A DNA stretch of 64,000 bases from the human T2T-CHM13v2.0 reference genome, Homo sapiens: assembly GCF_009914755.1 (NCBI RefSeq), contig NC_060928.1; one strand, 5' to 3'. How positions within the stretch are numbered: position 1 is the first letter of the stretch; the number at the start of each line of letters is the position of its first letter. This document shows positions 44,909 to 57,853 of the stretch, piece after piece. The notes beneath the pieces were generated by a model. That model had not been told where the DNA came from. It worked only from the letters and a program-made list of their open reading frames with translations, and made no database searches. The position numbers and the translations under genes are program-made.

Positions 44909-46732
44909 TCTTACTAGATAGATGAGGATTTATTTTTTCACCCACTATCTTGTGCCTTTTAAATCTTCTTTTTATTTACCTGTTCATTTCTTCCTTCCCG
45001 CTTCTGTTTAAATTGATAAAGCTTCTGTATAACAAATGTATTTTCTCCCTATATTTGGAAGCTTTGCCCTGATATCTATTCTTCTATTGTATTGTAAATC
45101 CCAGTTTTTATTTGGTTGCAATTGCCAACCAAAAAAAAAAAAAAAAAACCAGTGAAATAAAAAACAACAATAAAACATTTCTAAGCTATTTAAGCTAGAT
45201 GTGGCCTTGTGACTCTATGCTGACTAACAAATATTATCTGATGTGGTAATAGAAATTACACCAAACATGACCCAATAAACCAGCAACAGAAAGAACACAT
45301 TGAAATAAAAGGATAGCAGTCCCAAATGGCAAGGGTGCTGTGCAAAATAAATATGGATTAAAAGAACAATAAACTCATGATAGCTCAGCCAAGATTTTTA
45401 GAAGAAATGGACAAAAGAGAAAGCAATGCATACTTTACAATAGTGGTGTAGACCACAAAATTAAGAACAAAGGGCCTAAAAAAATCAGAGGAATGGTAGA
45501 TAGAAATTAAGAGGAGAAGATAAGTGTAGAAGTAAATAATAAAAAGTGGTTATCTCACCTAAGAATTACAGATATGCACCTAACAATGAAGCCTGAACAA
45601 CTAGTAAAAATTGACACTAAATTTTCTGGAAAATATTTTGAGCTATGATATGAATATTCAGCTATAAAGGGCTTTCTTACTTGAAAATAATTTAATAATA
45701 CAATATATACACATGGATTTCCTATCAATAGTTTTGAATTAAATAATAATAAGCTATCTTCCAGATAAATATCAATGTGACATAAAATTCCTTTCTAATG
45801 TTAAATGCTGGAAAATTATTAAGTGGGAAGTTTTGACTGAAACATTTTATATATATAGCCAGATTGTATTTCATGTGAGAAAGTTATGTCAAAAATTATC
45901 AGATATGATACAGCTCCAGCCTATGTAACCTTGGCAAAAGTATGTAATGATTCCATCCAGATTGCCAAAAAAAGAGAACTAAGCTAAGGTTATAATAAGT
46001 AAACACATGGCCAGAAATGACAGACAATTGCTTTTGAACATGAATTTATGTCTAAGTAATTATTATAGTTCTAAAGTTTGTAACATCAAAACCCCTGAGG
46101 TAAAAATGGTAGAAAATGCAAGTTGCCTTGTATAAGAATGGGATATTAAGAAGCCCTTGTTAATTTTAGGGAAAATACGGCTTGAAAAATAATTTTTGAA
46201 ATGTTAAACATAACCTCTTATCAAATTGACAGAATAATTCATTAATCTATTTCATCACCTAAAACTAATACATTTGTATTATATTTCTATTAAATGTCAA
46301 AAAATGTCCAGTTTCTAGAAAGATAAATGAAAAATATTATGCCTCCAATGCACTCAAGAATATCACAGTTCAGTAAGAAAAACTGGCACAAGCAGTTAAT
46401 TATAAAAAGTGTACAAATAACTATAGTATACCAAGGAAACAGTGTCAAAGAATATAAATCCCTGTTTGAGAATAATCAGGGGAATTGGAATTGTAGCAAA
46501 TGGGACTGAAAAAACATTTATGAAATAAATATTAGGTCATTGTCAGTGGAAAGCAAAGCAAAATGATCATTTCCTAGGTAAAACATACAATAAAAATTAT
46601 AAAGGCAAGAAAAAACATGGTAGAGGAAACAAAATCAGATTGGTGATACTAACTAATAATGGGACAGTGACTAGAAATTAAAATGGAAAGACTCGTCAAT
46701 AGGTCTTGCCTGAGGCCTCTGTTCTGATCTCT

Positions 46733-46948
46733 GTGGTACAATCTTGGCTCAGTGAAACCTCCTCCTGTCGAGTTCAATTGATTCTCCTCTCTCAGCCTCC
46801 CAGGTAGCTGTGGTAACAGGTGTGTACCACCATGCTGGGCTACTTTTTGGATTTTTTTGTAGAGACATGGTTTCGCCACCTTGGCCAGACTGGTCTTGAA
46901 CTCCTGACCTCAAGTGGTCCACTTGCCTCAACCTCCCACCAGGGATTG
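46733..46948 (-). mobile_element. Alu (S/J) truncated at both ends
   Basis: gattctcctctctcagcctccc...gtagagacatggtttcgcc...gaactcctgacctcaagtg; no tail, head degraded. Confidence 0.85.
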
Positions 46949-46949
46949 G

Positions 46950-49900
46950 TGTTTTATTTTATTTTATTATTTTTGGCAGCAATTGTGAAGGAGGTTGAGT
47001 TCCTTATTTGGTTCTCAGTTTGGTTGCTGTTGGTGTATAGCAGTGCTACTGGTTTTTGTACATTGATTTTGTATCCCGAAACTTTGTTGAATTTATTTAC
47101 CACATCTAGGAGCTTTTTGGATGAGTCATCAGGGTTTTCTAGGTATACCATCATGTCATCAACAAATAGCAACAGTTTGACTTCCTCTTTACCAATTTGG
47201 ATGCCTGTTATTTCTTTCTCTTTTCTGATTGTTCTGGCTAGGGCTTCCAGTACTATGTTGAATAGAAGTGGTAAAAGTGGCCATTTTTTTTGTCTTGTTT
47301 TAGTTCTCAGCGGGAATGCTTTCAACTTTCCCTGTTCAGTATAATGTTGACTGTTGGTTTGTCATAGATGGCTATTATTACCTTAAGGTATGTCCCTTCT
47401 ACATCTATTTTGCTGAGGGTTTTAATAATAAAGAGATATAGTATTTTGTCAAATGCTTTTCCTGTGTCTATTGAGATGGTCATATAATTTTTGTTTTTCA
47501 TTCTGTTTATGTGATGTATTACATTTATTGACTTGCATGTGTTAAATCCTCCCTGGATCCCTGGTAGAAAACCCACTTGATCATGATGGATTATCTTTTT
47601 GATATGCTGTCGGATTCAGTTAGCTAGTATTTTTGTTGAGAATTTTTGCATCTACATTCATCAGAGATATTGGTCTGTAGTTTTCCTTTTTGTTATGTCT
47701 TTTCCTGGGTTTTATTATTGGGGTGATACTGACTTCATAGAATGATTTAGGGAAGATTCCGTCTTCCTCTGCCTTTTGGAATAGTTTAGTAGTATTGGTA
47801 CCAATTATTCTTTGAATATTTGATATAATCCAGCTGGGAATTTCTCTAATCTTTGACTTTTTTTGACGATTTTTCTATTATCATTTCAATCTTGCTGCTT
47901 GTAATTGGTCTTCTCAGGGTGTCTATTTCTTCTTAGTTTAATCTAGGAGGGTTGTATCTTTCCAGGAATTTATCCATTTCCTCTAAGTTTTCTAGGTTGT
48001 GCATATAAAGGTGTTCATGTTATCCTTGAATGATCCTTTGCATTTCTGTGTATTGGTAGTAATATCTCCAGTTTCATTTCTAATTGAGCTTATTTGGATC
48101 TTCTCTCTTCTTTTCTTGATTAATCTCACTAATGGTCTATCAATTTGTTTATCTTTTCAAAGAACCAATAAAAGTTTTTTTATTATCTTTTGTATTTTTT
48201 TGTTTTGATTTCATTTAGTTCTGCTCTTATCTTTGTTATTTCTTTTCTTCTCAGGGTTTGGCTTTGTTCTTATTTCTCTAGTGCCTTGAGGTGTGACCTT
48301 AGATTGTATATTTGTGCTCTTTCAGACGTTTTTATGCAGGCATTTAATGTTATGAACTATCCTCTTAGCACCATTTTTGTTGTATCCCAGTGGTTTTGAC
48401 AGGTTGTGTCACAATTTTCATTCAGTTAAAATAATTTTTTAAATTTACATCTTGATGTCATTGTTGACCCAAAGATCATTCAGAAGTAGATTATTTAATT
48501 TCCATTTACTTGCATGGTTTTGAGGGTTCCTTTTGGAGTTGATTTCAAATTTTATTCCACTGCGGTCTGAGAGCGTATGTGATATATTTTAATTTTCTTA
48601 AATTTATTGAGAGTTGTTTTGTAGCCTATCGAATGGTCTGTCTTGGAGAATATACAATGTGCTGATGAATAGAATGTATATTCTTCAGTCTGTTGTGTCT
48701 GTTATAAGAATAGCTATGTCTGCTTGCTTTTGGTGACAATTTGCATGGAATATCTTTTTTCACCTCTTTGCCTTAACTTTATGTGAGTCCTTATGTGTTA
48801 GGTGAGTCTCTTGAAAACAGCAGATACTTGGTTGGTAAGTTCTTATCCATTCTGCCATTCTCTATCTTTTAAGTGGAGAATTTAGGTCATTTAAATTAAA
48901 CATTAGTATTGAGACATGAGGTACTATTCTATTCATCATGCTAGTTGTTGCCAGAATACCTTGGTTTTTCTTTTTTCATTGTGTTATTGTTGTATAGGCC
49001 CTGTGAGATTTATGCTTTAAGGAGGTCATTTTTGGTATATGTTATGGTTGTGTTTCAATATTTTGAGCTCCTTTCAGCAGCTCTTATAGTGCTGGCTTGG
49101 TAGCAGTGAATTCCCTCAGCTTTTGTTTGTCTGAAAAATACTTTATATCTCCTTCAATTATGAAGCTTTGTTTCTCTGGATACACAACACTTGGCTGATA
49201 ATTATTTTGTTTAAGAAGGCTAAAGATAGGATCCCAATCCCTTCTAGCTTGTAGGGTTCCTGCTGAGAAATCTGCTGTTACTCTGATAGGTTTTCCTTTA
49301 TAGGTTACCTGATGCTTTTGCCTCATGTCTCTTAAGATTCTTTCCTTCTTCTTGACCTTAGATAACGTGATGACTATGTACCTAGGTCATAATCTTTTCG
49401 TGATGAATTTTCTGGGTGTTCTTTGAGCTTCTTTTGTTTGGATGTCTCTATTTCTATCAATGCCAGGGAAGTCTTCTTGATTATTCCCTCAAATAAGTTT
49501 TGCAAACTTTTAGATTTCTGTTTTTCCTCAGGAACACCAAGTATTCTTACGTTTAGTAGTCTAACGTAATCCCAAACTTCCGGGGGCTTCGTTCATTTTT
49601 TTAATTTCTTTTTTCTTTGTTTTTGTTGGATTGGGTTAATTCAAAAGCCTTGTTTTTGAGCTCTGAAGTCCTTTCTTATACTTGTTCAAGTCTACTATTG
49701 AAACTTTCCAGTGTAGTTTGCATTTCTTTAAGTGTGACTTTCATTTCCAGAAGTTGTGATTGTTTTTTATTTATGATATCTATTTCTCTGGAGATTTTTT
49801 CATCTGTATTTTTTTTTATATATATATATTCCTTTAAGTTGTTTTTCACCTTTCTCTGATGCCTCCTTGAGTAGCTTATTATCTCAGACGGCAACCTTGA

Positions 49901-51660
49901 ATTCTTCTGATTTTTTTTTTTTTTCGGGCAATTTAGAAATTTCCTCTTGGTTTGGATCCATTGCTGGTGAGCTAGTGTGATTGTTTGGGAATGTAATAGA
50001 AACTTATTTTGTCATATTACCAAAATTGTTTTCCTGGTTCCTTCTCATTTGGGTAGACTATGTCAAATAGAAGGTCTGAGACTCAAGGGCTGCTGTTCAG
50101 AATCTTTTATCACATGGGGTGATCCCCTGATGTGGTGCTCTCCCCCTACCCCTTGGGATGAAGCTTCTTGAATGCCAGACTGCAGTGATTATTATTACTC
50201 TTCTGAGATTAGCTGCCCTGTGGAACTACCAGGCTCTGGGCTGGTACTGGGGAGTATCTACAAAAAGTCCTGTAATGTGACCCATCTTCAGGTCTGTCAG
50301 CTGCGGATACCAGCACCTGTTCTGGTGGAGGTAGCAGGGTGGTGAATCTTACTCTGTGAGAGTCCTTGTTTGTAGTTTTGTTTACTGTGCTCATTTCCTC
50401 AAATGCTGGTTATACTAGCAGGGAATTTGTCACATGGACAGACTCAGGACCTCTGGCTCGACAGGATTTTACAGGCAGTGAAATTAGTTGCCGTTTTCTC
50501 CTTCCTTGGAGCAGGGTTGTTCTGTTATGAGTTGCTGTAATGGCTTTAGTTGGTTGACCTCTAGCCAGGTGGTGGCTCTTTCAAGAGAGCACCAGCTATG
50601 GTAGTCTAGGGGGATACAACTTTGCCCTAACAGCATCTGGATAAGTGTCTGGGTTTCTCAGGTTATGGACAAGGCCATAGTGCTCCCCAAACTTTATGTC
50701 TTTTGTCTTCGGCTACCGGGTTAGATAGAGGAAGACAATCAGGTGGGGGCAGGGCTAAGCATGTCTGAGCTCAGACTGTCCTTGGATGGGGCTTGCTGCA
50801 GCTACTGTGGCGGATGGGAGTGGTTCTTAGGCCAATGGAGTTATGTTCCCAAGGGGATTATGACTGCCTCTGCTGCTTTGTTCAGGTTGCCCAAAAAGTG
50901 GGGAAAAGCCATCAGTGACAGGCCTCACCCAGCATCCATGCAAGTGGTAAGGCCAATCTCACACCTGCCGTGCTCCCTCAACAGTTAGCAGAGCCAAATT
51001 TATACCCAGGCCTCTGCTGCACAGGGCTGAGATCTTGCCCCATGCCACAAGCCTACCCACTGAGAAGGCAAGGCAGGATTTCAGGCCTTACCCCTTCCTG
51101 TGTGTTGTGACTTCTGTGCTCCTATCTGCACTTCCTGTTCACACCCCCTGGATTCTGCCCAGGAAAATGTGTGCTCTGTTGAAATTATTACAAAGTTTAC
51201 ATGGATGTCTCTTTCTCCCTGTGGCCCTTTCCCAATTCCACTGGCTGTCCTCCCCAAAGACCTCTGTTGAGAGAAAGTCAGAAATGACTTCCCTGGGCTT
51301 CTCTGAGGACCAGGAGTACCTATAGGGCTCTTCCTGCTGCTTCTCCTATTTTTATATTTTGCTCAGCTCTCTAAATTCATTTCAGCTCTAGGTAAGTTTC
51401 AACCTTTCCTCCCATGATCTGGATTTTCAGGTTCCCCAGTAAGGATGTGTGTTCAGAGGTGGACTTTTCCCATCTCACACTTTGGGCACTCACAGTTTTT
51501 CAGCTGTCTCAGAGTTTACAGCCACAAGCCACTGCTTTCAAAAGATCTGTGGACCCTTCAAGTTTTATTGGTATATTCCTGCAGTGGTTCTTGGAGCAAA
51601 AGTTCACTATGTGAGTCTCCACATGTTGCTCTGTCAGTGTGAGTGGGAGCAGCCCTCCTC
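46950..51660 (-). mobile_element. L1PB-like LINE-1 with 5'UTR, ORF1 and ORF2 through the RT domain; 3'-truncated, with an internal EN deletion
   Basis: Minus ORFs 46954-47325 ([20 protein letters not shown]), 47322-47576 and 49084-49326 (TYKGKPIRVTADFSAGTLQARRDW); L1PBa-type 5'UTR gcggataccagcacctgttctggtggaggtagcagg; deletion near 48690. Confidence 0.88.
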
Positions 51661-51829
51661 CTTGTTTTAATTACTGTAGAGGAATATCACTGAAAGCTAT
51701 CCAGTACACTTTAATTTTAAAAGCAGGGATAGTGTCTAGCTCATTATTTTATCAACAGTGAATGGCATAACTTATTGGTGAGTTATAAAACAAATCAGTA
51801 AGGTTTCACTTTTAAAATGGTTAAACCAT

Positions 51830-52140
51830 TAAAAGGAATATAAACTGGTAAAAATGTTTTTCTGTAAAGCAAATTGGATATAATAAGTCTTAAATTGTGT
51901 ATATTCTTTAAATTTGAAGTAATATGTCTTAAATTGTATATATCCTTTAATCTGTATTTTTACTTCCAAAAGTGTCTTAAAGATAAAGAAAAGAGAAATA
52001 TATATGGAAATATATTATTTTTATGATATTTTACTAGCAAAAATAAGTGTGCAACCTAAATGTACCATAATATGATAATAAATGTAGTAAATTAAATATG
52101 ATTTACCTTTATATGAAATCTTACATTGCTATTAAATATG
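51830..52140 (+). mobile_element. L1ME-like 3' fragment with a small internal duplication
   Basis: ataaactggta...aaagcaaattgg, caacctaaatgtacca; gtcttaaattgt(g/a)tatat(t/c)ctttaa occurs twice. Confidence 0.5.
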
Positions 52141-53869
52141 GTGTATGGTGACATGGGATCATGGTAAATATATATGTATATATATATATTGTAATTTTAA
52201 ATAATGTATTTGCATGTATATAAAGACCATTTTTATAAATGTATTCAATTAAGTCTGAACTCTTCCAATGTGCCGGTCTCTCTTTTAAAGTGCTGCAAAC
52301 ACTTGGATGTAAAAGACACGGTGCTACAAGAGCTCCACCCTTGCAAACTGGATTTTAATACTTAGTTTGAATTACTTGTTAAATAAATGAATTATATTTT
52401 TATTTAAATCAATTTTGATACATATGTGGTTAAAACGTCAAGCCTCTTGAAATAATTCTTACTACTTAGCGTCTGGAAAAAGGAGACAGAATGGCTGAGT
52501 GTTCTCAGTGAATATTGGTGCACTAATGTAGCCTTAGCTCATAAACTAATTGATTCAGACTGGATGAGATTGAGTTGACTGGTATACATTTCTTAATCTC
52601 CCCAAGGCTCTTTCCTCTTCATGAAACAAAGGGCTAAATAAATTCATGTTAGCTGAACTATAAGATTTTAAAATAATATAATCTAAGTTTTCAGCATCTT
52701 AACCTATTGTAAATTCTCAAAACATTATTCTCAAAAATTATTATTAATTCTTAGAAAAGAAGGTGAGAGGGAGAGAATGGAAAGTGAGGAGAAACAGTCA
52801 AAAGCTTCAATAAAGGAACATAGGAACTAGCTTTGACACATAATATGATGTGCTAAATTCTGCTTAGCTCGAGAATGAGAGAAAATACTACTGAAGATTC
52901 CTTAGAGCAGATGATATTTGACTTTGTCCTTAAAGGCAGGGTTTTGCTGTCTGAAGAAGAAAGAAAAAGGCGTTTTCACGCACAGGTATTATTTTTGTAG
53001 ATATGACAATAAGTAGATCATATGCCATTTTGGGGAATATTTTACCTAATAAGACAGTTTTGTGATACCTTTTGGTTTTAAAAGAACAATGTTTGTGGTA
53101 TTGTTGGTGGAGGTGTTGGCTTTTTCTTTATTTTCCTTTCCAAGTTTCTTTTCTCCTAATTTCCGCTTATTTTCTCTTTTGGCCAAACTGTTTTGATTAA
53201 CCTAACTCTAGGCCTAAATAGCTGAAGACATTAATGATTCTCTGGAACAAGGACTTGGCAGTAATAATTCCTAGCTTGAACTCGGGAACACGATTTGGGG
53301 CAATTTGCTAATACTTTGTGGCTTGGAGCCTGGCTTAAAAACTTACAACAAATACAGTTTCTTCAAATGAAGAATAAGAATATAGCTAATGGCTCTAGAA
53401 AAATCCCGCAATGGGGAGTCTCGATCCATCTTTAACATCTGCAACTTTTTAAAGAGAATATTTCTTTTGATAATAAGACTGGCCTTTAAATTAGTTGAAG
53501 AGTGTATGTCTCAAGTTAAAAATAGATTAATTTACCTGGTTTACAATAGAGTAGTTAAAATTTATGCACAAAAGCTGGGTTGGAAATAGAAAGTGTGACC
53601 AACTTTCAGCAATATTATTTATTTATTACTTTTCTTTTTCCAATATTTATTTTAGGTTCAAGGGGTACATATGCAGATTTTTTTCTTTGGGTAAATTGCA
53701 TATTGTAGGAATTTGGTGTACAGAATATTTTGTCAGCCCAGTAATCAGCACAATACCCACTAGGTAATTTTTAATTCTCACTCTCCTCCTATCCTTCACC
53801 CTCAAGCAGATCCCAGTGTCTATTGTTCCCTTCTTTGTGTCCTTGTGTACTCAGTGTTTAGTAACCTTT

Positions 53870-55528
53870 TGAGAGGTGACAGCGTGCTGGCAGTCCTCAG
53901 AGACCTCACTTGCTCTTGGCACCTCCCCTGCCTGGGCTCCCATTTTGGTGGCATTTGAGGAGCCCTTCAGTCCCCCACTGCACTGTGGGAGCCCCTTTCT
54001 GGGCTGGCCAAGGCCAGAGCCCACTCCCTCAGCTTGCAGGGAGGTGTGGAGGGAGAGGCACGAGCGGGAACCAGGGCTGCGTGCGGCACTTGCAGGCCAG
54101 CTGGAGTTCCGGGTGGGCGTGGGCTTGGTGGGCCCCGCACTCAGAGCAGCCAGCCAGCCCTGCTGGCCCCGGGCAATGGGGGACTTAGCACCGGGGCCAG
54201 TGGCTGCGGAGGGTGTACTGAGTCCCCCAGCAGTGCTGGCCCACCGGCGCTGCGCTCGATTTCTCGCTGGGCCTTAGCTGCCTTCCCACAGGGCAGGGCT
54301 CAGGACCTGCAGCCCGCCATGCCTGAGCCTCCCACCCACTCCATGGGCTCCTGTGCCTCCCAAGCCTCCCCGACGAGCACCACCCCCTGCTCCAAGGCGC
54401 CCAGTCCCATCCACCACCCAAGAGCTGAGGAATGCAAGCGCATGGTGCAGGACTGGCAGGCAGTTCCACCTGCAGCCCTGGTGCGGGATCCACTAGGTGA
54501 AGCCAGCTGGGCTCCTGAGTCTGGTGGGGACGTGGAGAGTCTTTGTATCTAGCTCAGGGATTGTAAATACACCAATTGGCATCCTGTGTTTAGCTCAAGG
54601 TTTGTGAGTGCACCAATCGACACTCTGTATCTAGCTGCTCTGGTGAGGACATGGAGAACCTTTATATCTAGCTCAGGGATTGTAAATACACCAGTCAGCA
54701 CCCTGTGTTTAGCTCAAGGTTTGTGAGTGCACCACTCGACACTCTGTATCTAGCTGCTCTGGTGAGGACGTGGAGAACCTTTATGTCTAACTCAAGGATT
54801 GTAAATACACCAATGGGCCCTCTGTATCTAGCTCAAGCTTTGTAAACACACCAATCAGCACCCTGTGTTTAGCTCAAGGTTTGTGAATGCACCAATCGAC
54901 ACTCTGTATCCAGCTGCTCTGGTGGGCCTTGGAGAACCTGTGTGTCGAAACTCTGTATCTAACTAATCTGATGGGGAGGTGCAGAACCTTTGTATCTAGC
55001 TCAGGGATTGTAAACACACCAATCAGCGCCCTGACAAAATAGGCCACTCGGCTCTACCAATCAGCAGGATGTGGGTGGGGCCAGATAAGAGAATAGAAGC
55101 AGGCTGCCCTAGCCAGCATTGGCAACCTGCTGGGGTCCCCTTCCACACTGTGGAAGCTTTGTTGTTTCACTCTTTGCAATAAATCTTGCTACTGCTCACT
55201 CTTTGGGTCCACGCTGCTTTTATGAGCTGTAACACTCACCGCGAAGATCTGCAGCTTCACTCCTGAGACCACGAGCCCACCAGGAGGAACGAACAACTCC
55301 AGATGCGCTGCCTTAAGAGCTGTAACACTCACCGGGAAGGTCTGCAGCTTCACTCCTGAGCCAGCGAGACCACGAACCCACGAGAAGGAAGAAACTCCGA
55401 ACACATCTGAACATCAGAAGGGACAGACTCCAGACGCGCCACCTTAAGAGCTGTTAACACTCACCGCGAGGATCCGCGGCTTCATTCTTGAAGTCAGTGA
55501 GACCAAGAATCCACCAATTCCGCACACA
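53870..55528 (+). mobile_element. LTR12C solo LTR (ERV9)
   Basis: tgagaggtgacagcgtgctggcagtcctcag start; GC-rich U3; tandem ctagctcagggattgtaaatacaccaat units; U5 repeats gctgtaacactcaccgcg; ends ccaccaattccgcacaca; 4-bp TSD cttt/tttt. Confidence 0.96.
54541..55070 (+). promoter_or_regulatory. LTR12C U3 enhancer tandem array with CCAAT (NF-Y) and GATA-type motifs
   Basis: About a dozen ~40-bp units; ccaat near 54572, 54613, 54810, 54851, 54892, 55019 and 55057; repeated gtatctag. Confidence 0.8.
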
Positions 55529-55631
55529 TTTTTATAAGTGAAAACGTGGTATTTGGTTTTCTGTTCCTGTGTTAATTCCTTAGGATAATGGCCTCCATCT
55601 CCATGCATGTTGTTGCAAAGGACATGATCTC

Positions 55632-55926
55632 TTTTTTTTGTTTGTTTTTTTTGAGTCAGAGTCTTGCACCGTCACCTGGGCTGAGTGCAATGGCACGATC
55701 TCGGCTCAATGCAACTCTGCCTCCTGGGTTCAATCAATTCTCCTGCCTCAACCTCCTGAGTAGCTGGGATTATAGGCGGGCACCACCACGCCCGGCTAAT
55801 TTTTTGTATTTTTAGTAGAGACAGGGTTTCACTATGTTGAACAGACTGGTCTTGAACTCCTTGTGATCCGCCTGCCTCAGCCTCCCAAAGTGCTGTGATT
55901 ACAGGTGTGAACCAACACGCCTGACT
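55632..55926 (-). mobile_element. AluS (Sg/Sc-like) inserted in L1
   Basis: T-tail then gagtcagagtcttgc...gtgatccgcctgcctcagcctcccaaagtgctg; gatct flanks both sides. Confidence 0.9.
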
Positions 55927-57074
55927 GATCTGATTTTTTTTTTATGGCTATGTAGTATTCTATGGTGTATATCTACCACATTTTTTCTTGTCCAGTCCAC
56001 CACTGATGGGCATCTAGATTGATTTCATGCCTTTGCTGTTGTGAATTATGCTGTGAACATACACATGCATGTCTTTAAGGTAAAATGATTTGTACTCCTT
56101 TAAGTATATACTTAGTTATGGGATTGCTGAGTCAAATAGTCATTGTATTAAGTTATTTGCAAAATCTCCAGACTGATTTCCACAGTGGCTGAACTAATTT
56201 ACATTTTTACCAGCAGTATATAAACATTTCCTTTTTATCTGCAGTCTCATCAGCATATGTCATTTTTTTAACTTTTTAATAATACCCATTCCGACTGGTG
56301 TGAGATGATATCTCATCATAGTTTTGATTTACATTTCCCTAATAGTTAATAATATTGAAAATTTTTTCATATGCTTGTTGGCCAGGTGTATGTCTTACTT
56401 TGAGAAGTGGCTGCTCATGTCCTTTGCCCATCTTTTAATGGGGTTGTTTGTTTTTTGCTTATTGATTTGTTTAAGTCCCTTATAGATTATTGATATTAGA
56501 CCTTTGTCAGATGCACAGTTTGCAAATATTTTCCCATTCTATAGGTCAACTGTTTACTCTGTAAGTTTATTTTTCTCTGCAAAAGCTCTTTAGTTTAATT
56601 AGGTCCACTTGTCAATTTTTGTTTTTGTTGCAATTGCTTTTGGAGTTTTCATCATGAATTCTCCGCCAGGGCCAATGTCCAGCATGGTATTTCCTAGGTT
56701 TTTTTCTAGAGTTTTTATAGTTTAGCAATAGAATTTAAAAGGCTTGGTAAATATTTCTGCCTGGGTGTCAGAGCTCATTAATGCCTGGTCACTCAAGTTG
56801 TGGTCAAAGCTTTGATAGCTCTTAAAAAAATTATCCCATAGCTTTTTTCTCTTTGGTGAAGTCTAAGTAAGGCAGCTGCTACTTCTGAAAACAAAAGCAC
56901 TTATAGAAATGTCATTTTTTAAATTTTCATATGAGATAGGCTCATTTGCTATAAAAACTTTAGCTTTCCACGGCAATTCCACTCCTCCCACCTCCATACT
57001 TTTCTCAGTCTGGAAATGTATCTTCTTGAAGTAAACGAAATAAATCTGAAACTGTTTGTTTTAGTGATAAGAAT

Positions 57075-57290
57075 GTAGTAGACAGCCTCTAATATAGCAA
57101 CCAATGATTTCTGCCTCCCAGTATACACACTCTTGTATAATCCCTTCCCCTTTAGTGTGGGCTGGATTTATTAACTGCCTTCTACCAAATAGAACACACA
57201 AGAAGTTATATGATACCAGTTCTGCCTGTGATTAGAATATTACAGGTCATGACTTCCATCTTGGATTTTCTTTCTCTCTCTTCCTCTTCC

Positions 57291-57351
<61 letters not shown>

Positions 57352-57615
57352 CTTTCTTTAATTGCAAGCTCAGGGGCAAGGCACCTGTAATGTCATAAGG
57401 CAGCCTTGTAGAGAGTCTAACATGAGTGAAATTGAAGCAGATTTTTCCCCAGTTGAGACTTCAGAAAAGATGAAAGTCCTGGCTGACAACTTTACTGCAG
57501 TCTCATAAAGACAAGGTCTTTCTGAAAGACCTTGAGACAGAGGCACCCAGCTAAGCCACCTCCAGATTCCTGACCCACAGAAACTTTAAGATAATACATT
57601 TTTATTGTTTTAATA
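57075..57615 (+). mobile_element. MLT1E/F-like LTR
   Basis: tgtagtagacagcctctaa...agtgtgggctgga...cccagctaagccacctccagattcctgacccacagaaact. Confidence 0.8.
57291..57348. repeat. Compound (TC)11(AC)18 microsatellite
   Basis: Read directly. Confidence 0.95.
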
Positions 57616-57639
57616 TGTATGGTTCAAGCAAATTTAAAG

Positions 57640-57853
57640 AAGGATTTGACAAAGATTTTCTTACAGGGCAAGATAATAAATATTTAGGCTGTAGGCAATA
57701 CTGAATCTGTCACAGCTCAAAATATGCCATTGTACCATGAAAGCAGTCATAGATAATACAGAAACAAAAAGGGATGACTGTATGACTCTCTTTCAAGATA
57801 ACTTTATTTACAAAAACAGAAACTGGTTCATGAGCTGTAGTTTGCAGACACTT
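57640..57853 (-). mobile_element. MER58A hAT-Charlie MITE
   Basis: gaaagcagtcatagataatac...aactttatttacaaaaacag...gtagtttgcagac. Confidence 0.75.

Larger units (their letters stand above)
53621..56723 (-). mobile_element. 5'-truncated L1PA15/16-like LINE-1 hosting LTR12C and AluS
   Basis: ttttaggttcaaggggtacatatgcag...gggtaaattgc is the antisense 3'UTR (reverse-complement homologous to ~3540-4030); candidate TSD agcaata(tt/ga)attt at 53608-53620 and 56724-56736. Confidence 0.9.

Noticed and set aside
53876-54552. Overlapping 92-172 aa ORFs suggesting a GC-rich gene or CpG-island promoter
   Set aside because: Entirely within the GC-rich LTR12C U3; stop-poor by composition, with no domain I recognise.
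54541-55030. Regularly spaced ~40-bp repeats that look superficially like a CRISPR array
   Set aside because: They are the known LTR12C U3 tandem units: no unique spacers, no cas genes, primate DNA.
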